Shown here in pieces: positions 13,454 through 27,047 of a DNA stretch of 64,000 bases. Position 1 is the stretch's first letter, and each line of letters starts with the position of its first letter. A program made the position numbers and the translations under genes. Source of the DNA: Flaccisagitta enflata (taxonomy: Eukaryota); assembly GCA_965153355.1 (NCBI GenBank), contig OZ231126.1:40982001-41046000 (forward strand), written 5' to 3'. The notes beneath the pieces are model-generated. The model did not search any database and was not told the origin of the DNA. It was given only the letters and a program-made list of their open reading frames with translations.

Positions 13454-14249
13454 GGAGACGGACGGACGCACGCACGCAATTAAAGTTTAGTTACACGTAG
13501 TTACCCAACGAAAAGTCAAACTTTGGAAAAGGCGTGAAGAAAGGAGGCTGAATTACAGGAAAACGGGCCTTGGAGCAGGTCCAAGAGCCATCTGGCAAAA
13601 AGAAAAGAAAGAGAGAGAGACAGAGAGACAGACAGACAGATAGACAGACAGAGAGACAGAGAGACAGAGAGAGACAGACAGACAGACCGAAGAAAGAATT
13701 GTCGCAAAAGCGTTTGATGGTCAGTACGTGACTTCCATCGCCAACAATGGCTTGGATGACTTTTCAGATTTAAAGTTAAGATTAAAATCATAAGGAAGGG
13801 CAATAATTCTTAAGGTAGGATTATAGCCTTGAAATTGGGATTTCAACCTGGTTGTTAAGATTTAGGCTTGAAGGCTAGAATTTGGGCCTTGAAGCAAACA
13901 TTTGGATTCATGGCAATGCTTTAGGCTATTCGGCAATGAGGTACTTATTTGAATCTCAAATTTAAACCTTATGATGTATTCTGGACCTGAACACTGAGAA
14001 CTGAGCTGAAAACTACTTATAAAAGCGAATGAAAAAGAGGGAGGAGAATGGGAAAATTCCTCAAGTGTAAAACGTAGGTTAACGGCCCTTTTGGGGCCGC
14101 TGCACAAAAAAGAAAAAGACAGACTAACTTACAGAGTAAAAAGGCCAACACCTATAAGTCGCGTGCCAGACTTTCAGATTGACATAGAATAACTAAGAAG
14201 GACTTAGTATATCCTAAGATGACTTAATATGACTTAAAAATTGATAAAA

Positions 14250-14516
14250 ACAAGGCCGGATACACGGCTACCCCAGTCACGTGCGGGTGGGCAGGGGCTG
14301 TAATTGAGGTCACCAGATCATTTGGGCAGGAGCAGTGAGGCCAAAAACGGCAAAACCCCCAAAAAAGTAAAGTGTGACGGACCGACGGACCGACGGACGG
14401 ACCGACGGACCGACAAAGCGGGTTGTAGAGTCGCGTAGCACGCGACTAAAAAGTAAAAGTGTGACGGACGGACGGACGGACAAAGCGAGGTGTAGAGTCG
14501 CGTGCACGCGACTAAA
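14250..14516 (-). mobile_element. HINE/DINE-1-like family A copy with a duplicated hairpin end
   Basis: AACAAGGCCGGATACACGGC stem-loop, (GACC/GACG)n microsatellite and the AGTCGCGT..ACGCGACT hairpin twice (about 14428 and about 14496). Confidence 0.75.
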
Positions 14517-14805
14517 ATTGCAGACGGACTGATAGCCAGACAGATAGAGCAAGGTTAACGGCCGATAATTTCTTTTTATTCAAATGCATATTGTAAGTGT
14601 TCTTCCGTTATGTGTTTTGTGCACCTTTTGCTCCTCTTCTTAACACCACTTCTTTCGGATCTGAATTCAGACATTAAGATAGCAGAAGTTCAGACTTTGA
14701 CTGCTCATAAAATAATCAACCACGGAGAAACGACCCTGAAAGGGGCGTCCACAAAATGTAAATCGAGTGAGGTTTCGAGTAGCGGCGCTACTCGCTACTA
14801 CAAGA

Positions 14806-15202
14806 TGTAACACATGCGCCACATTTAGGCGGAAATTGATCTTTTTAGTCGCTCAAATATAGCCCCTGCCCAACTGCACGCGACTTCGGTAGCCTTGTAT
14901 CCGGCCTTGTTTAGTGAGGATTAAGTCATGATTTCAACATTAGAAGTATAAGAAAACCTCCACAACTGAATGGAGTAAGTATATTTACTAAATTTAGATC
15001 ACCGTAGCCTCCGTAGGCTTAAACGATGGCATAAAGATGTCCTATGAATGCAAGAAATACTGTCTTGTATTTAATCCCGCAAAAGCTGCCTTTTAAGAGC
15101 TGAATTTCCGCATTTTTAAATTTTTTGTCAGTTTACCCAGTATTGCGCTTTATAGGGGCCAAAAACTGTGCCTTAATGCCTAAATGTGGCGCATGTGTTA
15201 CA
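14806..15202. mobile_element. MITE with TGT...ACA termini (25-bp TIR)
   Basis: TGTAACACATGCGCCACATTTAGGC at 14806 and its exact inverse ending at 15202. No TSD visible. A related end lies at about 12103-12129. Confidence 0.65.
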
Positions 15203-15456
15203 GGTCTGGCGCCGACTAACCGACGGACCGACTGACCAACGGACCGACTAACCAAACGATCTGACGAACTGACGGACCAACACAGCCACGTACGCGTGTC
15301 TGCTACTAGAAAATACGGAAAAAGGAAAAAATATTTGCCCAGAAAAGTCATGGTGACTCAAAGGCAGGAGGAAAAACTCCATCCGTGCTAGGATGAGGAC
15401 ATAGAGGAGGAGGAAAACTGTTTACCACCCTTTGCTTTTCTTCCGATTTATTTTCC

Positions 15457-15487
<31 letters not shown>

Positions 15488-15769
15488 CTTCTTCTTCTTC
15501 TTCTTCTTCTTCTTCTTCTTCTTCTTCTTCTTCTGCTTCGATTCGTTAGAATATCTGTTTTCGCAACCATTTTCCTCCTTTCCACCTTAAATGTAGCATG
15601 TACAGGTGGAAAGACTATTCGTACTACTGTATTCTCGGAAGGAAAGAATTTGTTTTTCATTGTTACAGTACGTTGGCAGCAATAGGGCCTGTACAAAGAG
15701 GGCCTCATACTGAGTCATACAATTTCGCTGTTATTCTGAAAGCCGATGGTCCAAGGCTATGTGTGAATA

Positions 15770-15980
15770 AACAAGGCCGGATACACGGCTACCCCAGTCG
15801 CGTGCGGGTGGGCAGGGGCTGTAATTGAGGTCACCAGATCATTTGGGCAGGAGCAGTGAAGCCAAAAATCCCAAAAACCCCAAAAAAGTAAAGTGTGACG
15901 GACGGACCAACGGACGGACCAACAGACCGACGGACGGACCGACAAAGCGGGTTGTAGAGTCGCGTAGCACGCGACTAAAA
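15770..15980 (-). mobile_element. HINE/DINE-1-like family A, representative copy (about 14 copies in the window)
   Basis: 5' hairpin TAGTCGCGTGCTACGCGACT, (GTCC/GTCG)n, 3' subTIR CACGCGACT, stem-loop GCCGTGTATCCGGC, T-rich flanks, no TSD. Other copies at about 11848, 16263, 16665, 17130, 21133, 26343, 41517, 51570, 53462, 57738, 62110 and 63977. Confidence 0.8.
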
Positions 15981-17546
15981 ATTCACCATGAAGTGACTCA
16001 AAACAAAACTGACAATAAATTTCTATTTGTTGCATGTCACCGCAATATCTCTTTCAATAGAGTAGGGAAGTCAAGATCGCTTGGTCCCTTAGAGAATCGA
16101 GCAAAAAAGGCTGTGTCAGGATTTCATTCATGGTTGGAACACAAGCCAAAGCGATATCAGAAGCTAAATTAGGCTCTAGTGAAGTGATAAAAAACTGATA
16201 TCTTGTCATTTATAGCCATTATTGTGGATCGCCAGATCCACTTAGTCCTGGGAAAGTTTTTTTAAGTCGCGTGCTTCGCCACTCTACACCCCGCTTTGTT
16301 GGTCCGTCCATCTGTCTGTCACACTTTACTTTTTTGGCGTAAATGGGGGTTTTGACCTTATTGTTCCTGCCCAAAATGTTCCACTGACCTCAATTATGGC
16401 TCCTGCCCACCCGCACGCGACTGGGTCAGCCGTGTATCTGGCCTTGTTTTTTTGTCATTATCATTTTTTTTTTCATATTTTTTTCTTTTTTTTTCATATT
16501 CATATCATTCAGTCATTTTTTTTTATCCCCAAAATGTGTCCTCACCTTAGTCTTTTGTTTGTCTTTTTTTTTCACTCAAGATGTCTCGTCATATCTCTTT
16601 TTAAATCTTTTGTTTTTGCATCCTCAACTTTTTTTTTCCATCTATCATATTCTACAAATTTTTTGTCGCATGCACCCGACCCTACAACCCGCTTTGTTGG
16701 TCCGTCGGTCCGTCCATCGGTCCGTCCATCCGTCACACTTTAATTTTTTATTATATTAAAGTTATATCAAACCATTCTAAGTCATTCTAAGTCATTCTAA
16801 GTCATTCTAAGTTATTCTAAGTCATTCTAAGTCATTCTAAGTCACTCCAAGTTATTCTAAGTCATTCTAAGTTATTTAAGGTCACTTAAGTCAAATAGGT
16901 CAAAGTAGTCATTTCAGTCATTTTATGTCTTTTTAAGTCATTTAAAGTCGTCTTGGGTCATTCTAAGTCATGTTGGGTCAATAAAAGTCATCTTAAATTT
17001 CTTATGTCCCGCACGCGACTTATAGGTGTTGACCTTGTTTTCATCCAAAGAATGTCCTCATGTTAGTCTTTTGTTTGTATTATTTTTTTTCTCTCAAGAT
17101 ATCTCCACATATCTCTTTGTAAATCTTTTGTTTTTTTGCATCCTCATTATCCATCATATAATATAATTTTTAGTCGCGTGCTACGCGACTCTACATTCCG
17201 CTTTGTCGGTCCATCCGTCGATCAGTTGGTCCGTCCGTCGGTCCGTCCGTCCGTCGGTCTGTCCGTCCGTCACACTTTACTTTTTTGGGTTTTTGCGGTC
17301 TATGGCCTCACTGCTCCTGCCCAAGTGATCAAGTGACCTCAAATACGGCCCCTGCCCACCCACACATGACTAGGGTAGCCGTGTATCCGACCTTGTTTTT
17401 CATCCCAAGAATTTGTCCTCACCTTAGTCTTTTGCTTGAGTTAAGGTGTTTCTACATATCTCTTTATAGATCTTTTGTTTTTTGCATCCTCATCATCTAT
17501 CATATTCTGTAGTCTTTTTTATCCTAAGAATGTATCCTCACCTTAG

Positions 17547-18463
17547 TAGTATCCCGCGTAAGACCAGTTTTGTGAAAGTTACCATGCCAACTCGCTGTGT
17601 TATGAAGCCTTTAGTCCTTTCTGATGATGTCAGAAGAAAGAAAAACTAATATTTCTATCGAATAGCAAATGAACTATTAATTTAAAGATGACATGTCAAA
17701 GGCTCATTTTCGCTCGAATTTTTGCTTCATTTTCGCACGATCCTCGCAGTTATGAGAAAATTGATTAATTCGTTCTTCCATCTGAAAGCCGTCCAAAACT
17801 TTAATTGTTACAAACAGTGATAGAAAGATAGAAAATACATACCAACACGTCAGAGAAGGTGGAAAAATACACTTTTCTTACGGCAAAATTTCCAAATTTG
17901 AGAAAACCACAATATGCAAATTAACTTGCTAATTGAGCGAACTCGGTGAAGCGATTAGAATCTGATCTAAAGTGATACGGAAAGACTTTGAAAAGGCATT
18001 GGAATGAATGCATGTGATGATTTGATAAAATAATATTCATACCAAGTCTTTTTTTAAAAAGTCGCCTCTATTAGAATAAGGGCAATGTTGCGATGAAAAC
18101 CTTATTGTACATGAGAAATACGGCATCTCCCCCTCCCTCCAGGAATTTACAGAAAAAAAAAATAATCGTGGGTGAATTTTTCATATCCAAAGTTTCTAAG
18201 GCGTCACTTCCACTACCCAATCAAATGAGAGTCATGAGACTTATTCTATTGTATCTATTGTATCTATCGTATCTATCGTATATATTGTATCTATTGTATG
18301 TATTGTAAATACGAGCTTATTGGCCCATTTACAAAGATATGCATGTGTGCGGCATGAAAATGGAACTGTGAAACAACTGGGTCTGTGCTTCAGATGTTTG
18401 TTCATGTCTTAGTCCTAGTCCACTCTGTTTGTCTGTCTGTCTGTCTGTCTCTCTGTCTCTCTG

Positions 18464-18529
<66 letters not shown>

Positions 18530-20576
18530 CTGATGCACACGCACGATGATGGAGCATCAATAGAAAATTCTTACATGAGGACTTGTAGGAACAAAATCAC
18601 GCGCTCATCTAACAGACACGCACACACTATCCTTGCCACATATAACCCCGTGAATGTCCAAATTCCCATTGCATGAGCCTCTACAGCACAGACAAAAGGA
18701 AGATTTCTTTTTTTTGTGTGTTTTATTATTGTATTTGCAGCAACACTTACAGTGGAAGTTAGTCTCTTAAATTATCAAAAAATAACATTTTTTGCTGGCG
18801 GTTTCCCTCTTTCGTAATTTATTTCTGCATTTCAAATTAGCGGTTTTCTCATAATCCCAGGGGTGTATAAAGTTGAGCGGCTTTTGATTTTATTCCCCCC
18901 CTGCCTTCAATTTTCTTCCCTGCGACGCGTCGCATTGCGTTACAAAATCAATGATTTTCTTCCCCACAAAGCAATAAAAAAGTATGTTATAGGTTTAAAT
19001 AGTGTTAAAATGTGTTGTAGTAATCAGATACTACCATTTGAAACTACCAAAAGTGTTAAATCTTCAAAAAATTTCTTTTTTCTTCTTTTTAAACTTTTTT
19101 TTCCCCATCTCCAAACCTTTTGATTTTATTCCCCCGTTGGGGGAATGCTCAACTTTATACATGCCTGCATAATCCATCGAACATTCTCGTGTATTAGTCA
19201 GTTTTTTTACTTCAACATTAATTTTACTATTCAAATGACAGGATACGTCTCTGATGAGCAAAATGCAGCACTAGTAAGACAATCTTCCATGTTTGAAAAG
19301 TTATTTAAAAAGTATAATCCTTATTTGCCGAGAATATTATCTTGCTTTCATTGAAGCACTAAACTTCGCTTATTTTAGTGGTTTCCTTGTTACTTAACGA
19401 TAATTAAATGAAACAAGCCCGACCGGGCAACGATGTGTTGGGACTGTGTCTCTGCGTGCATTGACTTTGGCGCTAAACAAGTGACATATATGGAGATACA
19501 GATGGACAGACAAATGAAGCGACAGAGTAGTGGCGGCTCTCAAAAAACGTTTCTCACTGTGGTCAAAATCCGCCGAGAAACGCGGAAATCGCACTGGCGT
19601 TACGGACGGACCGACAGACGGACTGACGGACTAACCCTCCTATAGAGATGCATTCGTGACGGACGCATCTAAAAAGAAGTAAAAGGCTGTTAAGGCTAAT
19701 AGATAAATCGCAAAATCAGAGACTTACAGCTATTCTTGAGTCTTAGCTTGAAACTTGTGTAGGTTTAAAGCTTTTTGAGAACAGTGTGAAAAGGCTGACC
19801 CAAGCACCCGGTAATGTAAAAATTGCCAGAAAATTTAAATGGTGGTTGTCTAACTGACTATGAATTATGTTATATTCGTCCAAAAATATGACAGAAGCAC
19901 ACCGTAGCATACCAAATAATCACTAACAATGTTAAGATAAACATGGTCATTAGACCTAAGTCGCGTGCATCAGCACTTTCAAAAAGAGTCAGGTAGACAG
20001 ACCAACAGACCCTTTTTTAAAAGTTACTTGAAATAACATTTTAAATGCCTTTACTTTTTTTGTAGATTTTCCATATTGTTCGATGGGAAGTTTGCACTTT
20101 GTCAATTCTCCATGTTATTCAATGAGAAGCTTCAGGGGGAACGTAGGGATGGACAGATGGACGGACGGAAGGACGTACATAATATTTGCCCCTGTGTCCT
20201 AAAAGGACAGAAGGGAAATTCATGACTTATAACTATTAGTCCTCATCATTTTCCAGTTTAGTAATGACTGCTAGTCGAGAAACCGTTTCATTTTGAGATT
20301 CGCCAATTAGGCAGCTAGAAAGAAACTTTCTACGGTGTGAATAAAAGCCATAAAATCAAATGGCAACCCATCAACAGACTGAAGGGTTGACCAACTGTAA
20401 TAGCGGGTTTAAGTGCCGCATGCAAGTGACTAAAAATCAGTTTGACTATCCTTTGTGTTTTAAACTTTTAATAGTGGGCTGGCTCATTAGGAGAGCTGCG
20501 TGTAAATGTTACGTTTCATTTTCCATTTCAGCACATCTATTTATAAACAAGGACAACAACAACATTGATCACAATG

Positions 20577-20642
<66 letters not shown>

Positions 20643-21110
20643 TTGTCATGGTAAAAGAAAATGCATGATCTGAAACTTTTTAATCGTGTACAAGTGTACA
20701 ACGCAATACAACATCTGCCTTGTTGGTTCATCGGTTGGTCAGTCTGTTGGTTAATGTTGTGAATCCAACTTTGTTTTTAGCTCGAATTTCATAGATAGAC
20801 TGATGGACCAGACAGACAGTATGACAAATCCTCTTTTAAGTCGCCAGAAGAAAATACTCCTTGACGCTGCGAGGAAAAAACGCCAAATTGGCGTGTGCCT
20901 GCTCTCGTTGAGGTTCGATTTATCGACTTTGGCTTGAAATCCACCACTCGAAACGACGTCGAAATGGCAAAAAGTTATATTCTTAAAATTAAAAGTTCAT
21001 TTGCTAAATTTCCTCAAAATGAGTTAAAACTTTGCAAATATCTTCTATACACCTTCTAGTGCTGGAAACATACCGAGTTGGGCCTTGTTACACCTTTAGG
21101 CGGGATACTA
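17547..21110. mobile_element. 3.6 kb non-autonomous DNA transposon (TAGTATCCCGC TIR, 7-bp duplication) with nested inserts
   Basis: TAGTATCCCGC at 17547 and GCGGGATACTA ending at 21110. ACCTTAG flanks both ends. The empty site CTCACCTTAGTCTTTTG is seen at about 16541 and 17418. Confidence 0.7.
18858..19167. mobile_element. hAT-type MITE
   Basis: TIR CAGGGGTGTATAAAGTTGAGC / GCTCAACTTTATACATGCCTG. 8-bp TSD CATAATCC at 18850-18857 and 19168-19175. Truncated relative at about 31423-31700. Confidence 0.88.
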
Positions 21111-21476
21111 ACCTTAGTCTTTTGTTTGTATTTTAGTCGCATGCTACGCGACTCTACACGTTGGTCCGTCGGTCCGTCCGTCCATCCATTGGTCCGTTGG
21201 TCCATCACACTTTACTTTTTTTGGCGTTTATGGGTTTTTTGGCTATACCGCTTCTGCCCAAATATAGCCCCTGCCCACCCGCACGCGACTGGGGTAGCCG
21301 TGTTTCCGGCCTTGTTTTCTCTCAAACTCACGATGTCTCCACTCATCTCTTTGTAAATCTTTTGTTTGTGCATCCTCATCCTTCATTACATTGTGTGATT
21401 TTTTTTTTCATCCCAAGAATGTGTCCTCACCAGACTGGGCCAGAACCCTTATGGCGTCAGATCGGCTAACAACAGC

Positions 21477-21542
<66 letters not shown>

Positions 21543-22856
21543 TCAGCAATCAAATACCACAGAGCTTGAAATGCTCACTAATTTTGGCACTTCACTAATA
21601 GTCGGGGGTTTGTTCATTTCTAAATTTCATCTCTAAAGTTTTTGTTATCATAATGTTGTTATCATAATAAATGTTGTTATCATAATAAAAAAAAAGTGAA
21701 AAATGAAAAAGGAAAAGTAAAAAAATGAAAAAGTGAAACAATGAAAAAATGAAAATGTAAAAAAATGAAAAAATGAAAATAAAAAGTGATAAAGAAAATG
21801 CGAAAAAAAAAGAATAAAAATAAAGAAAAAGTCAAAAAAATGAAAAAAAAACAATACTGAAAAATGAAAAATGAAAAAAAAAGAAAGGAAAAGTGTGAAA
21901 ATATAGAGATACACCAAGGGCATGAACGCCAACTTATGTTTGGCAATTGGTGACAATCAAACGTGACAATAGGTTCAAACAGGTGCAGTGAGGTTTTGTA
22001 TTTTGGAAGATCTCTTTAAAAAGTGTGCGCAATATTTTTTTTCACTCTTCCCATATGTGTGAAAAATACCCATGAGTAAAAAAAATGAATAATGTCCCCT
22101 CCAAAACGCGGCATATTAACGACATAGGACGCAGAGCCAGATCGGACGAGCACTTTCCAGTCACACCTTTCCATGGGCTGTTGCAATTTTTTTTCACATA
22201 TGTGATCATGACGAGTGTCGTCACATATCATATTAATGCTATCTCATACCTCGATAGTCAAAAATGAGTAACATGCTCGAGTAATGACGTTTTATGGGTG
22301 AAAATTGCTGAGAAAATGGCCATAAACGAAGGAAAATGAGTTCCCTGGCCTGTATTATCAATGAAGTTGTTGAAACAATCTGACAAAACCAACGCTTCCG
22401 GTATAAAAACAATGGAACGTATAACTAATCCTAGGTTTATTTTCACTACAAAAAAAATCTGGCGGCTTTAGGGGCAAAAGTATGCTCATAAAAAAATTCT
22501 GAAGTGAAGATGTCATGGTGACCTTCAGAAATTGATTATTAGTACAATTTTTGTAATATTATCTAAAATAGCTATCAAACAAGCAACAAGTGGGGATTTT
22601 TTTTGTAGAATTACTATAAATATATGTCATAGAGTATTGTTACTCAGATTTGACCAATGAGGAGCTTTTTTTATATGCTAAATTGATTTTCAGAGTGAGG
22701 TTCTCACTCTTTATCAAGGTTTCGAAAATATTATTTTCATTTTTGAGAATTAAGAATAGCAAAATTAAAGAAAAAACTAACTTTTCTAAAAACATACGGG
22801 CCTTGGTATGATAAACAGCTAGCCCGGTATGTTTTTGTTTTTTTCATTTTTTCATT

Positions 22857-23002
22857 TTTAGATGCGTCATCGCATCTCTATAAGAGGGTCTGTCCGTCCG
22901 TCCGTCGGTCCGTCCGTCGGTCCGTCCATCGGTCCGTCGGTCCGTTACGCCTCTTCTAATATCACGCAGATGACGCATCTAGTTGCCCAATCGGGCTTGT
23001 TT
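22857..23002 (+). mobile_element. HINE-like family C, representative copy
   Basis: TTTAGATGCGTCATCGCATCT hairpin, (GTCC/GTCG)n, GACGCATCT subTIR, GCCCAATCGGGC stem-loop, TTGTT end. Other copies at about 19410-19675, 51833-52778 and 52780-53054. Confidence 0.75.
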
Positions 23003-24569
23003 ATGCAAATTCTTAATTCTCAATAAATTAATTGTGTCATCTTTTTTCTTATTTTTTTCTTCAGATTTTCCTTGAAATCGGCAAAGATTGCCAGACAAAA
23101 GACAAACATATCGGGTTCAACCTTAGTCGTAGGGGAGTGAGTAGGGACATTATCAAGGCTGGACATGGGTCATTTAAAAAAAAGTACATTGGGCAGGGGC
23201 GGTAGCATGTTCTAGCAGAGGCAGAAATTTGCTGAAATCATTGATTTTCCAACCCCCTAAAAAAGTTTCAACAGATCACAAACACAAAATTACAAAAAAC
23301 ACGTACCCCATGCAGATATGTATGAATGTATGAATGAATGTATAAATGAATGAATGAATGTATAATTGAATGAATGAATGAATAACTGAAAGACAGGACG
23401 AGTGAATGAATGAATGATTGAATCAATCAATCAACACAAGAGAGCACGAGAAGCAGGAGAGAACTCAATATCTTGTCGCGTGCGGGTGGGCAGGGTTATT
23501 TAAGCAAAAAGCCCAAAGAATTTGGGCAGGAGCGGCAAGACTCGGGAGACCAGCTTGCGGGATAGCATGCAGCAAAAGGAACACATGTGCGCATGAAAAT
23601 GTGCAATTTCACCTGAAAATAAGGATCGGAAAATCGCAAAAAAAAAAAAAATGGGAATGGACGGACCAGCACTGCGAATTCTACAATCGCGTGTCCGCAA
23701 CTAAAAACAAGCCCAGCAGGCCAACAATCGCGCGTTCCGTTTTACAACTGCACACACCTATATACAAACTCCTGCCTTCCTTCCTTCCTTCCGTCCATCC
23801 TTCCTCCCTCCCTCCCTACCTCTCTCTTATCCTTCTTCTTTCCCCTCCTTCCTTACTTCCTTTAGATACTACTGATTTTACCTTAAATTAAATACCAAAA
23901 AAGTCTTTACAAGTTATGGATGTGAATGAGGGACTGAAGGATGGAGGGATCAACTGAGCAACGAGTCTCTGTCTGTCTGTCCGTGGGGAAACGAGGGTTT
24001 TAGAGGCGTTTTGCTCATATTAGAGAGGAAAGAGTCCTTTCTCATTCTTTTTGAGCAGCGGCCCTGAAAGGATCGATGACTCAAGAGGAATTTTCTCCTC
24101 CTCTTCCTTCTCCTCCTTCTCCATACCGCCCCCCCTCCAGGCCCATATCTCAGCCTTGAAGCCCATATCCAAGCCTCAAGGTCCAAATCATAGTCTTGAG
24201 ATCCAAATACCAACCTCAAGGCCCGAATCCACTATGAAAGCTGAGCGACTCAAGGAATGCAAATGTCTTATGTTTGCAAAAAAGCCAATTGTATTTCTTT
24301 TAAGTGTTCATAGATGTCCTCGTAATTGTTTCTGCAGGAACTTGCAATGATTTATAAAAGAGCATCCAAAAATTAGCCCCCTCCTCATCTTCCTTACTCC
24401 GCCTTAAAACTCTTCAGCTTCTCTTCTTCTCTTGATGATTGAGAACTAATTTCATTGTGAACCGCACTCTGCAATTCACTTTAACTTGGCTCTTTTGAAT
24501 TTTTTTTCTTTTTATAAATTTTTTTTACATTCAAAACTTAAAAAAACCAAAAGACTTTAAATAAATGAT

Positions 24570-25430
24570 ATAAAATGTCTCAAAATGACAAAAATAACAA
24601 AATTGACTAGAATGACAAAAATAACGTAAAATGCCTTAAAACAACTTGGAAGAATTTAGAATGACCAAGAATGACTTAGAACGACTTAAAACAACAAAAA
24701 TAACTAAAATGACAAAAATGACAGAAATAAATGAAATAACAAAAATGACAAAAATGACATAAATAACTGAAATAATAAAAATGACTAAAATGACAATAAA
24801 TACTAAAATGACAAAAATGACTAAAAAAACAAAAATGACAAAAATAACAAAAATAACAAAAATAACAAAAATGACAAAAATGACTAAAATGACTAAAATG
24901 ATTAAAAGGACAAAAATAACTGAAATAAAGAAATGACTTAAATGACAAAAATGACTAAAATAACAAAAATAACAAAAATAACAAAAATAACAAAAATAAC
25001 AAAAATAACAAAAATGACAAAAATGACTAAATTGACTAAAATGACTAAAATAACAAAAATGACAAAAATGACAAAAATAACTGAAATAATAAAAATGACA
25101 AAAATGACAAAAATGACAAAAATGACAAGAATGACTAAAATGACACAAATGACAAAAATGACAAAAATAACTAAAATGACTCAAATGACTAAAATGATAA
25201 AAATGATAAAAATAATAAAAATAATAAAAATGACAAAAATGACAAAAAAATGACAAAAAATGACAAAAAATGACAAAAATGACAAAAATTACTAAAATGA
25301 TTAAAATGACTAAAATGACTAAAATGACTAGAATGACTAAAATGAAAAAAATGACTAAAATGATAAAAAATGATAAAAATGATAAATACGACTGAAATGA
25401 CAAAAATGGCTGAAATGACAAAAATGGTTT
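24570..25430. repeat. 9-bp minisatellite (AAAATGACA / AAAATAACA / AAAATGACT)
   Basis: Degenerate tandem array that produces the spurious (MTK/ITK)n and (FCH)n ORFs. Confidence 0.92.
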
Positions 25431-26983
25431 TTCCATATTTTTTTCCATATCCCTTACCTTATTTCTATGACATACCTTTATTTGCATCATCGTCATCATG
25501 AAGATATATCCTTATCTTTATTTAAAGAAATATATGTATATCCTATTGATAATCATAATTTTTATGATAAAACTAAATAGCAGTTAACATACAATGGCGA
25601 ATGCCACTGGTTTACACAAACTCGCGATGCTAGCATCGATGATGATCCCTGTTTTGACTCACCGCGATCGGCGCTCGCCATCAGCAGAAATGGATCGCTG
25701 AGTTGCAATGAGATTTCCATGTGGATTCCCGCAAAGGCTGGCCAAAACTACCATCAAACTATATATCTGGGTTCCTTATTCAATTCTGCACACAGTGATG
25801 TAAAAATTTCCGTGGCAAAAGGCGGCAATGAAATTTTTTTTCTTTTCCATAGGAATGTACAAAATTTCTGCACATTGAGACCATATCATCCATGCTAGAT
25901 GCGCTCATAGCAAGTTGAAACTTGACGATGACATCAAGAACACTTGTATTGACATTGTTCAATGGTTGTATTCAATGAGAAAAATACTGCCTTTTTTCGC
26001 TAAATAAGAACCACTCGAAACAGTGTGGAATCCCATCTTGTAGCCAAAATCCTATCTTTGAGGCCCAAATTCCGGCCTCAAGGTTTATGGGCTTCAAGAC
26101 TTGGATTTGGACCTCGAGGCTGGGATGAGGGCTTTGAGGCTGGTATATGGGCCTGGAGGTTGTGGGGGGGAACAGAGAAGGAGGAGAAAGTTCCCAGTGT
26201 GAAAACATAGGTCATCGACCCCATTGGGAGCGCTGCGTTGCTCCCCCTCAACTTCATCCACAACCTTCTTTGGCTGGGCACGGGTACCACTGACCATCTA
26301 ACGCTTTTGCGACTATTTTTTCTCTTTTTTTTTCATTCCTTTTTTAGTCGCGTGCTACGCGACTCTACAACCCACTTTGTCGGTCTGTCCGACCATCCGT
26401 CCGTCGGTCCGTCCGTCTTTCACACTTTACTTTTTTTGGGGTTTTTGCGGTCTTTGGCCTCACTGCTCCTGCCCAAATGATGAAGCGACCTCAAATATGG
26501 CCCCTGCCCACCTGCACGCGACTTAGGTAGCCGTGTATCCGGCCATGTTTCGTTCTTCCTCTGTCTTCTCGTTGGTTTATCCATCCATTCTTCTGTCCGT
26601 CTGTCTATAATGATTGAGTCTAAAATTGCCAATATGAGCGTTTATAGCAAGGTTTTGGACAGCGGCCCCAGAGGGGCTGATGACCTATGCTTTCAGACAT
26701 GGGGAAATTTCTTCTTCTTCTTCTTCTTCTTCTTCTCCTTCTTGTTCTTGTGTATCCCCCCCCCCAGCCTTGAGACCCAAAGCCCAGCCTCGAGGCACAT
26801 ATACCATCCCCACTGTGCCTGCCCAGATACGTGTTCAGTCTCGTTCATCACTGCCTCTGCCGTGTATCCGGCATTGATTACTCTCATTTTCATCCTGTTT
26901 TATTTCTTTTCAATGCTTACTTGTTTTGATTTTTTTGCACAATGTTTTGTTTTGTTCTTTCTTTCTTTCGTTCTTTCTTTCTC

Positions 26984-27047
<64 letters not shown>

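Noticed and set aside
24636-25499. 287-aa FCH/VIF-repeat ORF and the similar ORF at 33944-34804
   Set aside because: Both are products of 9-bp tandem repeats with no domain content.
25585-25990. Possible plus-strand exons (acceptor-like TTTTCCATAG near 25850)
   Set aside because: All frames hit stops quickly and I recognise no protein family. It may be a decayed fragment but I cannot support a call.
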